Position numbers and translations under genes: made by a program
Assembly (NCBI GenBank): GCA_964199315.1
Contig: OZ116698.1
Coordinates: forward strand, 5,642,001 to 5,706,000
Origin: Orbicella franksi
Taxonomy: Eukaryota
Direction of reading: 5' to 3'
Length of the DNA stretch: 64,000 bases
Shown: piece after piece, positions 50,380-61,930 of the stretch
How the letters are laid out: every line of letters begins with the position of its first letter
Numbering within the stretch: position 1 is the first letter of the stretch
The notes under the pieces: model-generated
What the model was told of the DNA's origin: nothing
Database searches by the model: none
Seen by the model: the letters and a program-made list of their open reading frames with translations, nothing else

Positions 50380-50759
50380 ACACCTAGTTCTGAGACATTT
50401 CAACCAAAACTTAACTTAAATTTCTTAAACCTATATGCGAAGTAGACTATAGAACGTTTAAAAGGCATAGTACAGTTTATCACAAATATGAATTTTTCTT
50501 TGATTACAAACTGGCCCAATCAATTTGATAGTACATAGAGTACATGTACATGTATTGCAAACAACATCAATAAAGTGTTTTGTTGTTGCATGTAACAAAT
50601 ACAATGTAGCTTTTTTGCATTAACATGAACAAGGAATAATAAAAATAGCTGAATGATCATAACTGTAAATGACATCAGTTCTGGTCATGATATCTGTAGT
50701 TAGAAATTTATTCTTACCAGTTATCTGAAGCAATTGTTCACTATCTGTAGAACATTAAT

Positions 50760-51180
50760 GGTTGTAAATAAAACAAGAAGTCCCAAGTCTCAGGTCTGAT
50801 AAATCAAGCTTTGATCCACCCTGTCCTTCAAAGACCATTTCCATGAACTTGGTAATAAGTGTGCTGCATTGTTTTCAATACTTCTGTAACCTCTTAACTT
50901 TGCTTCTAGATTCCCTGCATCAAAGTTCTCACCTCATCATCTGAATCTTCTTCCTCAATGACCTTTCGTTTTTCTTCCTTTTCCTGTCTTTTTTCCCAGC
51001 TGTATGCTCATCAGGAGATGGAGTGAAGTCCCCATTCTCTTTGTCATTAGTACCCGCTCTGCTTGTGCTTGACAAGCACATCAGTGACTCATTTGGCTGT
51101 CGCCTTGTGTGCTACTTTTTTGCTCTTAGCACATTTTGATGTTATCTGTGACCTATTACTGAACAGGTGCATGGCAACAT
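50760..51180 (-). mobile_element. Probable decayed second (convergent) ORF of the Harbinger element
   Basis: Charged, low-complexity reading (KVIEEEDSDDEVRTLMQGI) convergent on the transposase; position fits, sequence is not diagnostic. Confidence 0.35.
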
Positions 51181-51979
51181 GGGATCTATTTGTTAAACGA
51201 TACATTGTACAGAAATTGTCTGATTTTAACAGAAACTGTTAAATTTCCAAATGCCCTCCGCCCTAGGGTTTGAATGCCCTAAGTACAGTGTGGTAGAAAT
51301 TATATGGTGTTTGTTGTATGGTCATTGACAGCCATGGTCTTGCAGTCTAAACAGTATGAGTATAAAATCTACCAGCTAACAACCAAGTCGGCTGTTAAAC
51401 CAAGTGATTACGTTAAGTGGGCTGACAGATGTTTCACTTGGAAAACATCCTCCTAGGAAAGCAAATCAGTGAAAGGGTGCAATTGTTTGATGTCCCTATT
51501 CCTGAACTACCAGCCATAATTTAGTCAACATTACAAAACACAAGACACCACAGGTTGCTGAAAAAGTTTCTCAGCTGGAATGATTGGTGGGCATGTGAAT
51601 GTTAATTACTTGAAAGGATTGATTATTTTGTGTAAGATTCACTATGACATGGCTATCCGGGTCAATATTTTGCCTGGTGATTTCAAAAATTATCCCAGGG
51701 TGGAAAAGGAGTCCCACACTGGCTGATCAAGTATAATTATGAGTTATTATAGCTTTAGCAATACTGTGAAAGTTAATTAGTGAGGAAAAGTGGACACCAT
51801 AGAAAGCCATCAAAGCCATAATGTCTACAATTATATACACCATAAATACTCACAATTGAGTACTAATGAATCAATTAGTGATTCTGAAAACCCATGAGTG
51901 CTTACAGAAGTAGAAACTGAAAATTGTCCTTGATCAAATTGACCCTCCAAATCCACAAGGGCATCTCTAAGTATCTATC

Positions 51980-53321
51980 TGGATTCAGGAGAGGTGACCC
52001 TTTTTAGAGAAGGCTGAAATTCTTTGCTAGTGCTACAAGTCATTATTACTCTGGCCATGAGTCTCAATTTCCACCCTTTTCACTTGATCTCTGGTCATTT
52101 GGCACTCTTTTAGAAAAAAAGGTGCTGTGTGCTCTAGAGGTTTCCCTTTCATTTCTTCTGATGAAATAAAACTAAGAACTTTCTGATGGGGAAATTCAGG
52201 GAGACCGTCATCTGTGTGTGCTTTATGGAATAAAGCACACAAGCTGATGGAATATTTTCAACAATGCCATTGATCAGGGATGAAACTCTGTCATTGGTAA
52301 GCTGCCTATCCCGCAGTTTCCTTGGGTCAAACTGGTTCTTTAAATTTGAGTTGACCCTGTGATCTCTGGTGCACTCCTTGTCTTTTTGTCTTTATGGAAG
52401 ACAAGTTTTGTTATCTGATCTGGCTCTACATCTTTTTAAGTTCCTTTATTCCATCCCTTTGGACCACTTGTGCATGCAGGAGAGATGTATGCTTTCTTGT
52501 ATGCAAAGTTTGACTTTGTACATCAAAGTGATAACATGGTTGTAGAATTCAGTGGTACCAGCCGTACATGTGCACCGCAAAGTTACAATTTTACAGTCAT
52601 TCTTCGTGCCCTCGAAACACCCAGACCTTGTGTGGATCTTCGTGGATTTTTTGTGAAGACACATGGCCTTTTATAAACATGTGCTTGCTGTCAACAGGGC
52701 ATGTTGTAAACAACACTGTGTCCACAAAGCCACTCATCCAATAAGAGTAAGCTTCCTGGTCTTTGTATTTTCCAATATATTCCACATCAACAGCTTTTGC
52801 CCTCAAAATGTAACTGAACAATTTACCATCAACCTCTGGCCATTACTTCACGTCAGCAATCAAAGCTTCATGTGGTATATTGTTTGGATCGGTTTTTATT
52901 CCATTTAAAGTCAACCTGCGGTAATATTCTTCCATTATCTGCTGATATATCCGTCTTTAAGTTCATACGCACCAAATGCTCTGGCAACAAGCTCAGGCTT
53001 TTGGCCGGTTTTCTTGAGTCCTCTTAGTGACAGAGAATCCTTGAGCGATGAAACGGTCCACCCGAGGAAGTCCTCATATTGAAGAACTTCCTCTGCTTGT
53101 CAAGGCATCAAAAATGATCTTTTACCTGAACCAAAGTTAAAACGACAAAACTATAAGAGGATTTAATAAGGATAGTCTCACCCAGAAGGATTTTCGATTA
53201 TGATATATCTTCACAGATATGGCATGCATGAGTCAGCCATTTGCAATTTATGCCCTGCTGTGCGCTTGCCCCAGTAGTTTTGCACCCTCGGCAAGATGGC
53301 GTGTTAACCTTGAAAGGGTCT
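51980..53321 (-). mobile_element. ISL2EU-like element remnant: SAP + SWIM + YqaJ-type nuclease ORF
   Basis: FLGWTVSSLKDSLSLRGLKKTGQKPELVARAF (SAP-like), CTCTAG...NHVITLMYK (SWIM), VEIETHGQSNN (YqaJ N-terminus). Terminus AT|AGACCCTTTC at 53323-53312. Confidence 0.65.
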
Positions 53322-53559
53322 ATTGTTTGAGCATTAAAAAATAATCAATCAAACACAACTACTGGGAATTTATTTGATCACGAACCTACAAATTTCATTT
53401 ACATATTCAGAGTAGTCTCTACTTTGCCTTTGAGTAAAAGGCAGACACCAGTCTTAAGTGGACAGATTCAAAGATGCAGTTGTTGTGAAAAGTTGAAGTA
53501 AGTAACTTTAGGTGCTTATCACAAAATTGAGCATGAGAGCTCTTTTAAATGTAAATGTG

Positions 53560-53900
53560 CATAAAAAATATAAAATAAGATGTATTATTAAATTAAGAGA
53601 AGTATTAAATATGAAAATGACAATAAAAAAGGTAGCTTAAGTGTATGGCAGTTACAATCAGTCATCAGTGAAACAGTTATTTTTTGTAGTTGACTTTTAA
53701 AGGATGAGAGAGTGTCGGATTGTCTAATGGCGTCAAGAAGTTTGTTCCATAACTTGGTGGCAATGAACGAAAACGAATGATGTAGATATGCAGACTTAAA
53801 GTTAGGTAATACAAGTTTAAGGCTACCTCTAAGATTGTAATTGTTACCACGAAACTTGAACATGTCATTTTTTATTAGGTGCTGTGCTTTGACTGTATAA
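53560..53900 (-). mobile_element. L2/CR1-group LINE 3' remnant
   Basis: YNLRGSLKLVLPNFKSAYLHHSFSFIATKLWNKL...LSSFKSQL. Confidence 0.75.
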
Positions 53901-56159
53901 TTGATTGACATCAATTTCTCAAAAGGAAAATCAATCAGTGAGCAATAAAATAACTGTTCCATGCTGAAACTGAAAGGATATCAACAAGGAACCCAAGAGT
54001 GACCAATTTATTTAATTTACAATCTTTTTTGAGCACATTCTATGAAACCAGAAGTTACAGAAGTTCATTATACCAAAGGCCATGATTGGATACTCTGAAT
54101 AGACACCATGGTGGGTTACTTGATCACATTCACATTGCCTAAACCAATGTCTTTAATTATTGTGCTTTTACAGCACTTTGATAAGGTACATGTAGAAACT
54201 ACAAACTTTGCAATAAGAATAAAGAATTTAGCATATTTCTATTTTGTTCAATTGACATTGAAAACAGCATGTTGCTTTCCTTACTTTAAATTCATGCATC
54301 AAAAAATAAACATGGTCACTGTCCTTGAATTTATTTTCTCTGAATTTTTAATTTTTTTCCCCTGAATTTTTAAATTTCACCAAATTTTTGTCTCTACTTC
54401 AATTTATCTCAGGACAAGGGTATCTGTTGAATTCAAGAAAGAGATACTCTTGTCCTCAGATAATTATAGATAGAGCCATAGGTTTGTGAAATAGTGTTCT
54501 ATAAGGGGACCATAGACATCAGAAATCTTACAATAATAACACAACCTGTCAAATATGACTAGAGAAGAAACCAAACAAAAAACTGTCTTGTTATTTTCAT
54601 ATGTAAAAAGTTCCATTTCTACAGAGAATTTAGCTAAAATAAAATGCCTTCTTTTCTGCTTGCAACTCTACATGACTTAGAATGAAAGTGGTCAGTTAAC
54701 TTTATTTTTACAATTTGAAGATCTTATACTTTAGGCTCAATACACAATGACCATTCAGCTTAACATAAATTTGAGTTGTATGTATTTTGAGGATAATGTT
54801 TTTCCCAAGTCTGTTCTTCACAGTGTTTACACCTCCAGAAAATCTGAGGTGTATTACTTGGTGTATCCAATTCCTTCTTTGGTTGGCAATTGTTAAATTT
54901 GTAATTTTCTCCCTTTGCAAAGCCTTCTTCAACTTGGGAATTTTTCCCAGAGCACAATAACCCAGAATGTGCCACTCATAATCAAGAAATAATATCACAT
55001 GAAGGAAGAATACAAATGAGAGCCAGGCTCTTAGCATCCTTAAATATGTTGTCAATCTTGCTTCCATCGACCAAGAGCACCAATGCAACACATCTTTCGT
55101 TCATTTTGTTGATGAAACTCGGGTGAATTTTGTGACAAATCAGCTTCATACAACTGAAATGAGCCAAGCCTATTGGGAAGTCATCCCTTGGAACACTGAA
55201 CATAAACAAGCAAAGAATTCTTCAGAAATAAAGCCTGAGTTGGTTTCATGGTTTGAAGATGCACTGCCATGATGCTACCATGAGCTTGGTATTATTTAAA
55301 TGATGAGGTCACAAGAAGATGATAATATCTTTCATTATCGCAAAAAACTCACTTATGTCCAGAAATGCATGCAGTATCTAAAATGGCAGATTTGACAAAA
55401 TTTTGTCAAACTGAGTGAATGTTCATGGAATTGACGATTTTGGCAATTTTTTGCCAGCCATAACTATGCAAATTAAATCAATAGTTCTCCAATGTGGGGA
55501 AAATGCTGACACAACAGTTCCTTGGCAATTTGGATGTGCCTGTCTGTAAACATGACACTTTCTTATGTCAGCATCATTGCCATCCAGTTGGAAATGTGGC
55601 ATTTGCATTTTATGATGGATTTTTGGTCCATTCTTGAACACTTCACAAACTTAATTTCCAGATCAGCTTCTGACCTTCTTTTTGGTGCATGTTTCTTTTT
55701 TGGATTCTTTTCCTTTTCTTTTTTGCCATAGTTTCTCCAAGAACTCCCCTACTTTACTCCTGCCACCATGTTTGTGCTTTTCAACTGATGGCAACAGAGG
55801 CAAATGAGAGCTTCTGGCAATATCACCTCCATTAGATATTTTTTGCTTGATTCTGTGGAAGTGCTTTGCAATTAAGTTAACCATAAAATAAGTATGACTT
55901 TCTTTATTTGTCAAAACTTACATTAAACTTAAATCATTCTTCTCAATTGGTTCTTCCCCTTCTGAGAAAATGTGACCATTGAATATTTTATGTTGCTAGC
56001 TCTCCTTAGAGCCCCTCAGTATTTGAGAAAGGTAGTTTCTAATCACGGAATCTAATTCTAATCATGGAAACGGGAAGTAATGTCCTCCTCCGTAATGGCC
56101 AATATGTTTTTACTTGGTTCAAAGAGAGTTATGTCCGGTATCGAATGCACTTATGAAAA

Positions 56160-57775
56160 GTTTACGGAAATTCGCAAGACCATTGATGAAATATTTTAGA
56201 AATTAACTCAAGGGTTTCTCGGAGAGTCCCAAAAACACTTACGAAAATTGTGAAATTTACAAAATCTTAAATTTACAATAATCCGTCACACCATCGACGA
56301 AATCTACAAAATTTATTTAAGGGTCACGTGAAAACTTCGAAATTTATGATAATTCACCAGACCATCTAAGAAATCTCTGAAATTTATATAAAGGGTTGGA
56401 AGGAAGGCCCATTCAAAGTTATGAAAATTACGAATTTTACGAAATTTATGAACGCTGCGAAATTTACAATAATTCGCCAGTCCATCCATGAAATATACAA
56501 AATTTATTCAAGGGGTTACAAGGAAGTCCCCGCCGAAATTTGCCAAAGTTATGAATTTTACAAATTTACAAAAACTGCGAAATTTACAATAATTTGCCTG
56601 CCCATCCATGAAATATACAAAATATTTTCAAAGGGTTACAAGGAACTGCCCAACAAACTTGCGAAAATTACGAAATTTACAAAAACTGCGAAATTTACAA
56701 GAGTTTGCCAGTGCAGCTATGAAGTGTGCGAAATTTTTTCAAAGGGTAATATGGAAGTCATAATAATAATTTATTAATTTATATTGTGCTTTTTAACATA
56801 ATGATCAAAAGCGCATTACAATGTTAAAATACACTAAATGTGTATATGAAGTAAATTTAACAATAACAAAGTAATTTAAGGGCTAAAGGCTTAAAGCTAA
56901 CTCAAAAAGATGTGTTTTAAGACAAGATATGTTTTAGGACAAGTCCCCAAAGAAATTTGTGAAGATTACAAATTTTATGATAATTCTCTAGACTATCAAA
57001 GAAATCTATGAAATTTATTTTAAAGGGTTGCAAGGAAGGCCTGTCTAAAGTTACGAAAATTAGGAATTTTATGAAATTTACGAAAACTGCGAAATTTACG
57101 ATAATTTGCCTGCCCATCCAGGAAATATACGAAATTTATTCAAAGGGTTACAAGGAAGTGCCCAACAATAGTTGCAAAGGTTACGAAATTTATGAAAACT
57201 GAAATTTATGAGAATTCGCCAGTCCCTCCACAAAATATACGAAATTTATTCAAAGTGTTACTTGAAAGTCCCCAATTTTGCAAAATCTATGAAAATTTAC
57301 GAGAATTCCAAAGCCCATCCACAAAGTCTGAAATTTTTTCAAAGGGTTGCAAGGAAGGCCCATCTAAATTTAGGAATCAATTATGAATTTTACAAAATTT
57401 ATAAAAGCTGCGAAATTTTTGATAATTTGCCTGCCCATCCATGAAATATACGAAATTTATTCAAAGGGTTCCAAGAAAGTCCCAAACAAGATTTGCAACA
57501 ATTTAGAATTTTACGAAATTTACAAAAACTTAAATTTACGAGAATTCGCTGGCCCATCCATGAAATCTACGAAAATTATTTGTTAGGGTTAGGAAAACTA
57601 CAAGATTTACGGTAATTCACCAGATCATTTACGAAATTTACAAAATTTATTCAGAGGGTCACAAGGAAGTCCCCAACAAAAATTATTCAAACTGAGAAAT
57701 TTACGGTAATTCACAAAAGCATTGACTAAATCTATTGTCTGAAGTTTATTCAAGGGATTAAGGAAGGCCCCAATG
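56160..57775. repeat. Complex minisatellite, about 14 units of 70-120 bp, interrupted at about 56757-56935
   Basis: Recurring AAGGGTT(A/G)CAAGGAAG(T/G)CCC anchor with variable numbers of GAAATTTAC subunits. The interruption resembles an L2-type tail. Confidence 0.85.
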
Positions 57776-58099
57776 TAGAATTTATATCATTTTCAGCCTG
57801 TCTTTGTGGGGGTCATCAGTATACAACTTCATATGCTTTTGAGAGGCCTATATAGCGAATGCAAGTTAAACCAAAATATTAAAATGAAGTACATTTGACC
57901 GCCAACTCGACAAACTGGAATCTCCATTCAAATTATACTTTATCTCTGAATGGGATAAGCAAGGTCGATTAAATGCAAGGCATGAACATTTTATGATAAA
58001 AAGTATGAACATTTTATGATAATTGCTTTTGTTAGCGTAAGACATCTATCAAACCGCACCCCATTCAACTGTACCATCTCTTGCAATAGCCTTTTCCAC

Positions 58100-59810
58100 C
58101 TTTCAAACAGTTTGGTCTATATTCCTTCCTTTCATTTTGAGGTCTTTAGCCACGCTCAATCTGATTAAGCTTATCTGAGCTCCTGAATCAATTAACACAT
58201 TCGCTCTCAGCCAAAGATGGCCTAATCCAACAATGTCCACTTGCACGATGGGTAACAATGCTTTCTGGTTGTTAGTCACTGACACAACAATTGTGACAGT
58301 TGACTGAATTGCTCTGTGTAATAGAGGGTGATGGTGATAAGGGCATTGGTGTCCATTGCTTTTTTTGAGGACACTGGCATCTTCTGGAACAATTGTTGGA
58401 CCTATGATCTTGTCCGGCATGTTTCAAGCAGCTGAACCATGCATGGTTCTCTTTCACTGCCTTTACCCTATTTTGTAGATGAAGCAAGACAAACTTCTGG
58501 CACTGGTCAGTCCAGTGGCTTGGAGTTTTGCAAATCCAACACTTGTGCAGGAGACCTGACTTTGGAGCATTAAGATTAGATCCAATATGGTCAACAGGAT
58601 GCCTTGTTGGTTGGCCTGTGCTTCTCAAAGGTGTGGTTGCTCTCATCCTGGATTTCATTTATTTACTAATAATAAATACTAATATTTAGTATTCATCCAC
58701 GCAATAAGCTGTGCCAGGGTGGCCTCCTTTCTGCTGTTTTCCTGTTGAAGTGCTCATACTTTACGGTCGTCGGTACACAGTCTCTGCTCAGTTAGGCCAA
58801 CATGTGGTTGTTGTCTGTCATGGAGTTGTCCAACCTCCTTAAGTGTACTGAAACGTTTTTGCAGAAGATGCACCAAATTGAAAAATCGAGCATTTTCTCC
58901 ATCACGAGGAGGTCTGAACTTTGTGATATTGTGTGTTATTGTGTCTGCTAAGAATCTAGAATCCCTGTACTTTGAGTCCAGGTAGCTCCATGTGGCATCA
59001 TGATCTGTACTGATACCCTTAATCAATTCCAGCGGTCGCCGTTGTAAGCTTGTAGGCAGCAACAAAATCGCCTCTCTTTTACTGTATGTGCTATCCACAG
59101 TGTGCCTGAAATCGGCCTGGAAGATCGCGTAGTCTCTAACATCCCCTGCAAAGCGAGGCATCTTCAGCTTCTCCATCTTAAACCCACAGGAAGTATTAAC
59201 ATTGCTTTGGTGATTGGTGCTGTTTTTACCAGCAACTCCGTTTTCTCCAAGATTTTCTTCTGTTCTCAGGTGTCCGTTTCTCGACTCGGTTCCTGTGCCG
59301 TTCACAGCTGTGCCATTAACACAGGTTCCTTTCCCTTGTACTGCTTAATGTTCTCCTTGCTTTGTGGTTTCCATCTCAATAACACTCTCTAAATCCTGCA
59401 CTCCTCTTTCCACCTCCAAAGTTCTGCTTTCCCAAACCGATTTTTCACCTTTCACGCCCGTTGCTCTGTTGTCTGATGCTGACTTTCTGCTGTCCAATCC
59501 TGATTTTCTGCTTTTTGATACCACTTTAGATTTATCCTTTGCTCCGATTTCCATTTGTTGATAGAAGTCCTCACGCTCTTCCAACCATTTCTCCTCTGCC
59601 TCGAATGCTTCATCTTCCTGAATCAGTTGAGTGTATTCCTTGTGCTTCACCTCCAAGTTCTCGAAAGCCGTTTTCACGCTGTGAAAGGCTTCCATAATTT
59701 TGTCTCCTGGCCTGCCCTCTTTACATTTTTTGCAAAGGGTGTTTCCACGGCATGTTAGTACTGCCTTTGCTGTCCTTCACTTCCTGTTTGGTTCACCCAT
59801 TGCTTTGTCA
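58100..59810 (-). mobile_element. BEL/Pao LTR retrotransposon gag-protease remnant
   Basis: EKLKMPRFAGDVRDYAIF (DUF1759-like gag), CWICKTPSHWTDQC and further Cys/His knuckles, LLPIV...ANVLIDSGAQISLI (aspartic protease); frameshifted, RT absent. Confidence 0.9.
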
Positions 59811-60329
59811 CCTATTTTGGTCTTCAATCCTTGGGACTCTGGCTAGCACACAGAAATCAAATGAAAGTGATCTGTTGCCCCTAACTCTGAATTCCCGTGA
59901 ATCGTATAAATTACAAGATTTTTATTCGATCTGAAATAAACACAGCAAATGTCATACTTAAACTACATCAACTAACTGAAAATAAAGGGCCTCAATACAT
60001 CATGTCCACCAAGAAACACAAGCAGATTTAAGTGAGTAAACCATGCGGTCAATTACACAATTGTTAATCACGTGCAGTCAAGTACTGAAATTATACTAAC
60101 AGAAATTAAGGGAGACAACGTAAAGAAGCAAAGCCTTAGAAAACGGAAAACAGAAACTTTAAAACTGGCTCACTTTGTAACGGATTCCAGAGTTCAATTA
60201 AACCGTAAAACCTCTAAAAACAGGAAAGCTATCCATACCAACACATGTAAACTAAACTGAATATGGATGCCTATTTCGAGCTTCTCAGATTGCAATGTCA
60301 ATGAATGCAATCATGGTTTACAGAAAGTA

Positions 60330-61540
60330 TAACGTTAAACTATTAAAATCAATAATAAATCATCATGCGAAATGTCACATGAAGCAAAGTTCTTCATCAA
60401 AACAGCAAGTAAATCAATCAATTGGTTACTTAAATTTGATTGAAGCTCTTGAAAATACTTAGGAAGGCTCAATGTTGTGAGAAATAAATTTAAATCCTCT
60501 GTTGATGGGAAAAGAGTAACCTGATGTCACTATTGGATTTGGAAGAAAACTCTTTTGGGCATGCAGACTCAGCGCCCAAAATATCGTAATTAGAGACATT
60601 ACGGATTGCAAAGGAAATGTTTTTAAGTAACAGAGGTGTGCCCTTTCTGTGAATACCAAGTGAATACCATTGTTATTAAGATGGTTTTCTAAAATGTTTG
60701 AATTATCGATGAAAGACCAAAAATATTGATGACATGATGAGCTCAACAAGTTGTTTACTGTCTCACTTTGTTGTTGAGTGTGAAATCATGACAACAAATG
60801 ATGCTGGAAACGAAAACCTTGTGTTTTTGAGCTAGGCCTTCATCTGCTAATTCGATGATGTTTGCTACTGAGTGAGAATCAGGATTAAGGTCGTTTGTTC
60901 CGATGTGGATTACCACTTGACCTGGATCTTTCGCTACACTTGGAAACATATAATGCTTCATGTCTTCTGTGGAGCTACCAGGGAAGCATTTGCAAAACAC
61001 ATTTTCCGTTTAGATTTCATTCTTCTGGTGTTGACATATTTAATTGTCAAATCGCCCAAACTGATGGTTGAATTAGCTTCTATGTGCTGCTCACCAACGG
61101 TTGACCAACCTGTGTTATCATCACGAGGGAGAGGTGATGATTTATTAACCTGAGGTGACACGGTGTTTGCAGGTGTTGGTCAATTTTGGTCATCATTAAA
61201 AAGTTTTATGGCTGTAGCAACGCTGTCTCATTCATTTTCTAGGGTTTTTATTGTATTAGATGCTCCTGCATTTGATAAACGTTCATATTTGAACTGCTCT
61301 TTTAATTTCTTGACCTTTTCTTAAAGTAGGCATTCTTGAGTATGTGACGAACTGTTGGTAATTTGCATATTTACCTTTGAGTGAACGAGATGCTGAAGTT
61401 CATTAAGTTGTTGCTTGACTTTCTGTAGATTGCTCTTAACAATAGAACAACCCTTGCATGTGGAATGGCTTGGCAAATTCTGGGTTACAGACTGCAGGTT
61501 CTGCGAAGAGTTGAAGGAGCAATCTACCATATTGTGGCAC
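60330..61540 (-). mobile_element. CR1-type LINE 5' remnant: ORF1 with SGNH esterase domain and start of the endonuclease
   Basis: LGDLTIK...CFPGSSTEDMKHY...VVIHIGTNDL...FIDNSNI..HLNNNGIHL, then RGFKFISHNI. Confidence 0.8.
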
Positions 61541-61589
61541 AGAACTATATCGCCGTTCTTAAAACTACTATCATAGCCTCCTTTTCTTT

Positions 61590-61930
61590 TTAGGTACTGC
61601 TGTTCGTGCTTTTCTTGAGCAGCTTTAATATTTTGTTCAACCTTTGGGAAAGTTGCAGATCTTTTCTATATGGTCCTGGAGAACATCTTCTACGGTTAGG
61701 TGCCCTTCTAGTGTTTCATTTTCTCCCTGGTCTTTGTCAAATTGCTCTACAAACTTTTCTACCTCGAGGCAAACATGGGTGCCTACCATACATGAAGAAG
61801 AATGGGCTGCACTTGGTGATGTTTGATTTGTTGGAATTAATTGCAAACAAAGCACCATCCATGTATTCATGCCAATTGTTTTCTTTTTCATCCACAAGCT
61901 TCCTAAGAATACTGACCAGAAGTATTAGCA
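61590..61930 (-). mobile_element. Gypsy/Ginger-type integrase remnant
   Basis: LRKLVDEKENNWHEYMDGALFAINSNKSNITKCSPFFFMYGRHPCLP. Confidence 0.8.

Noticed and set aside
56421-57586. K/F/I-rich ORFs
   Set aside because: Translations of the minisatellite.
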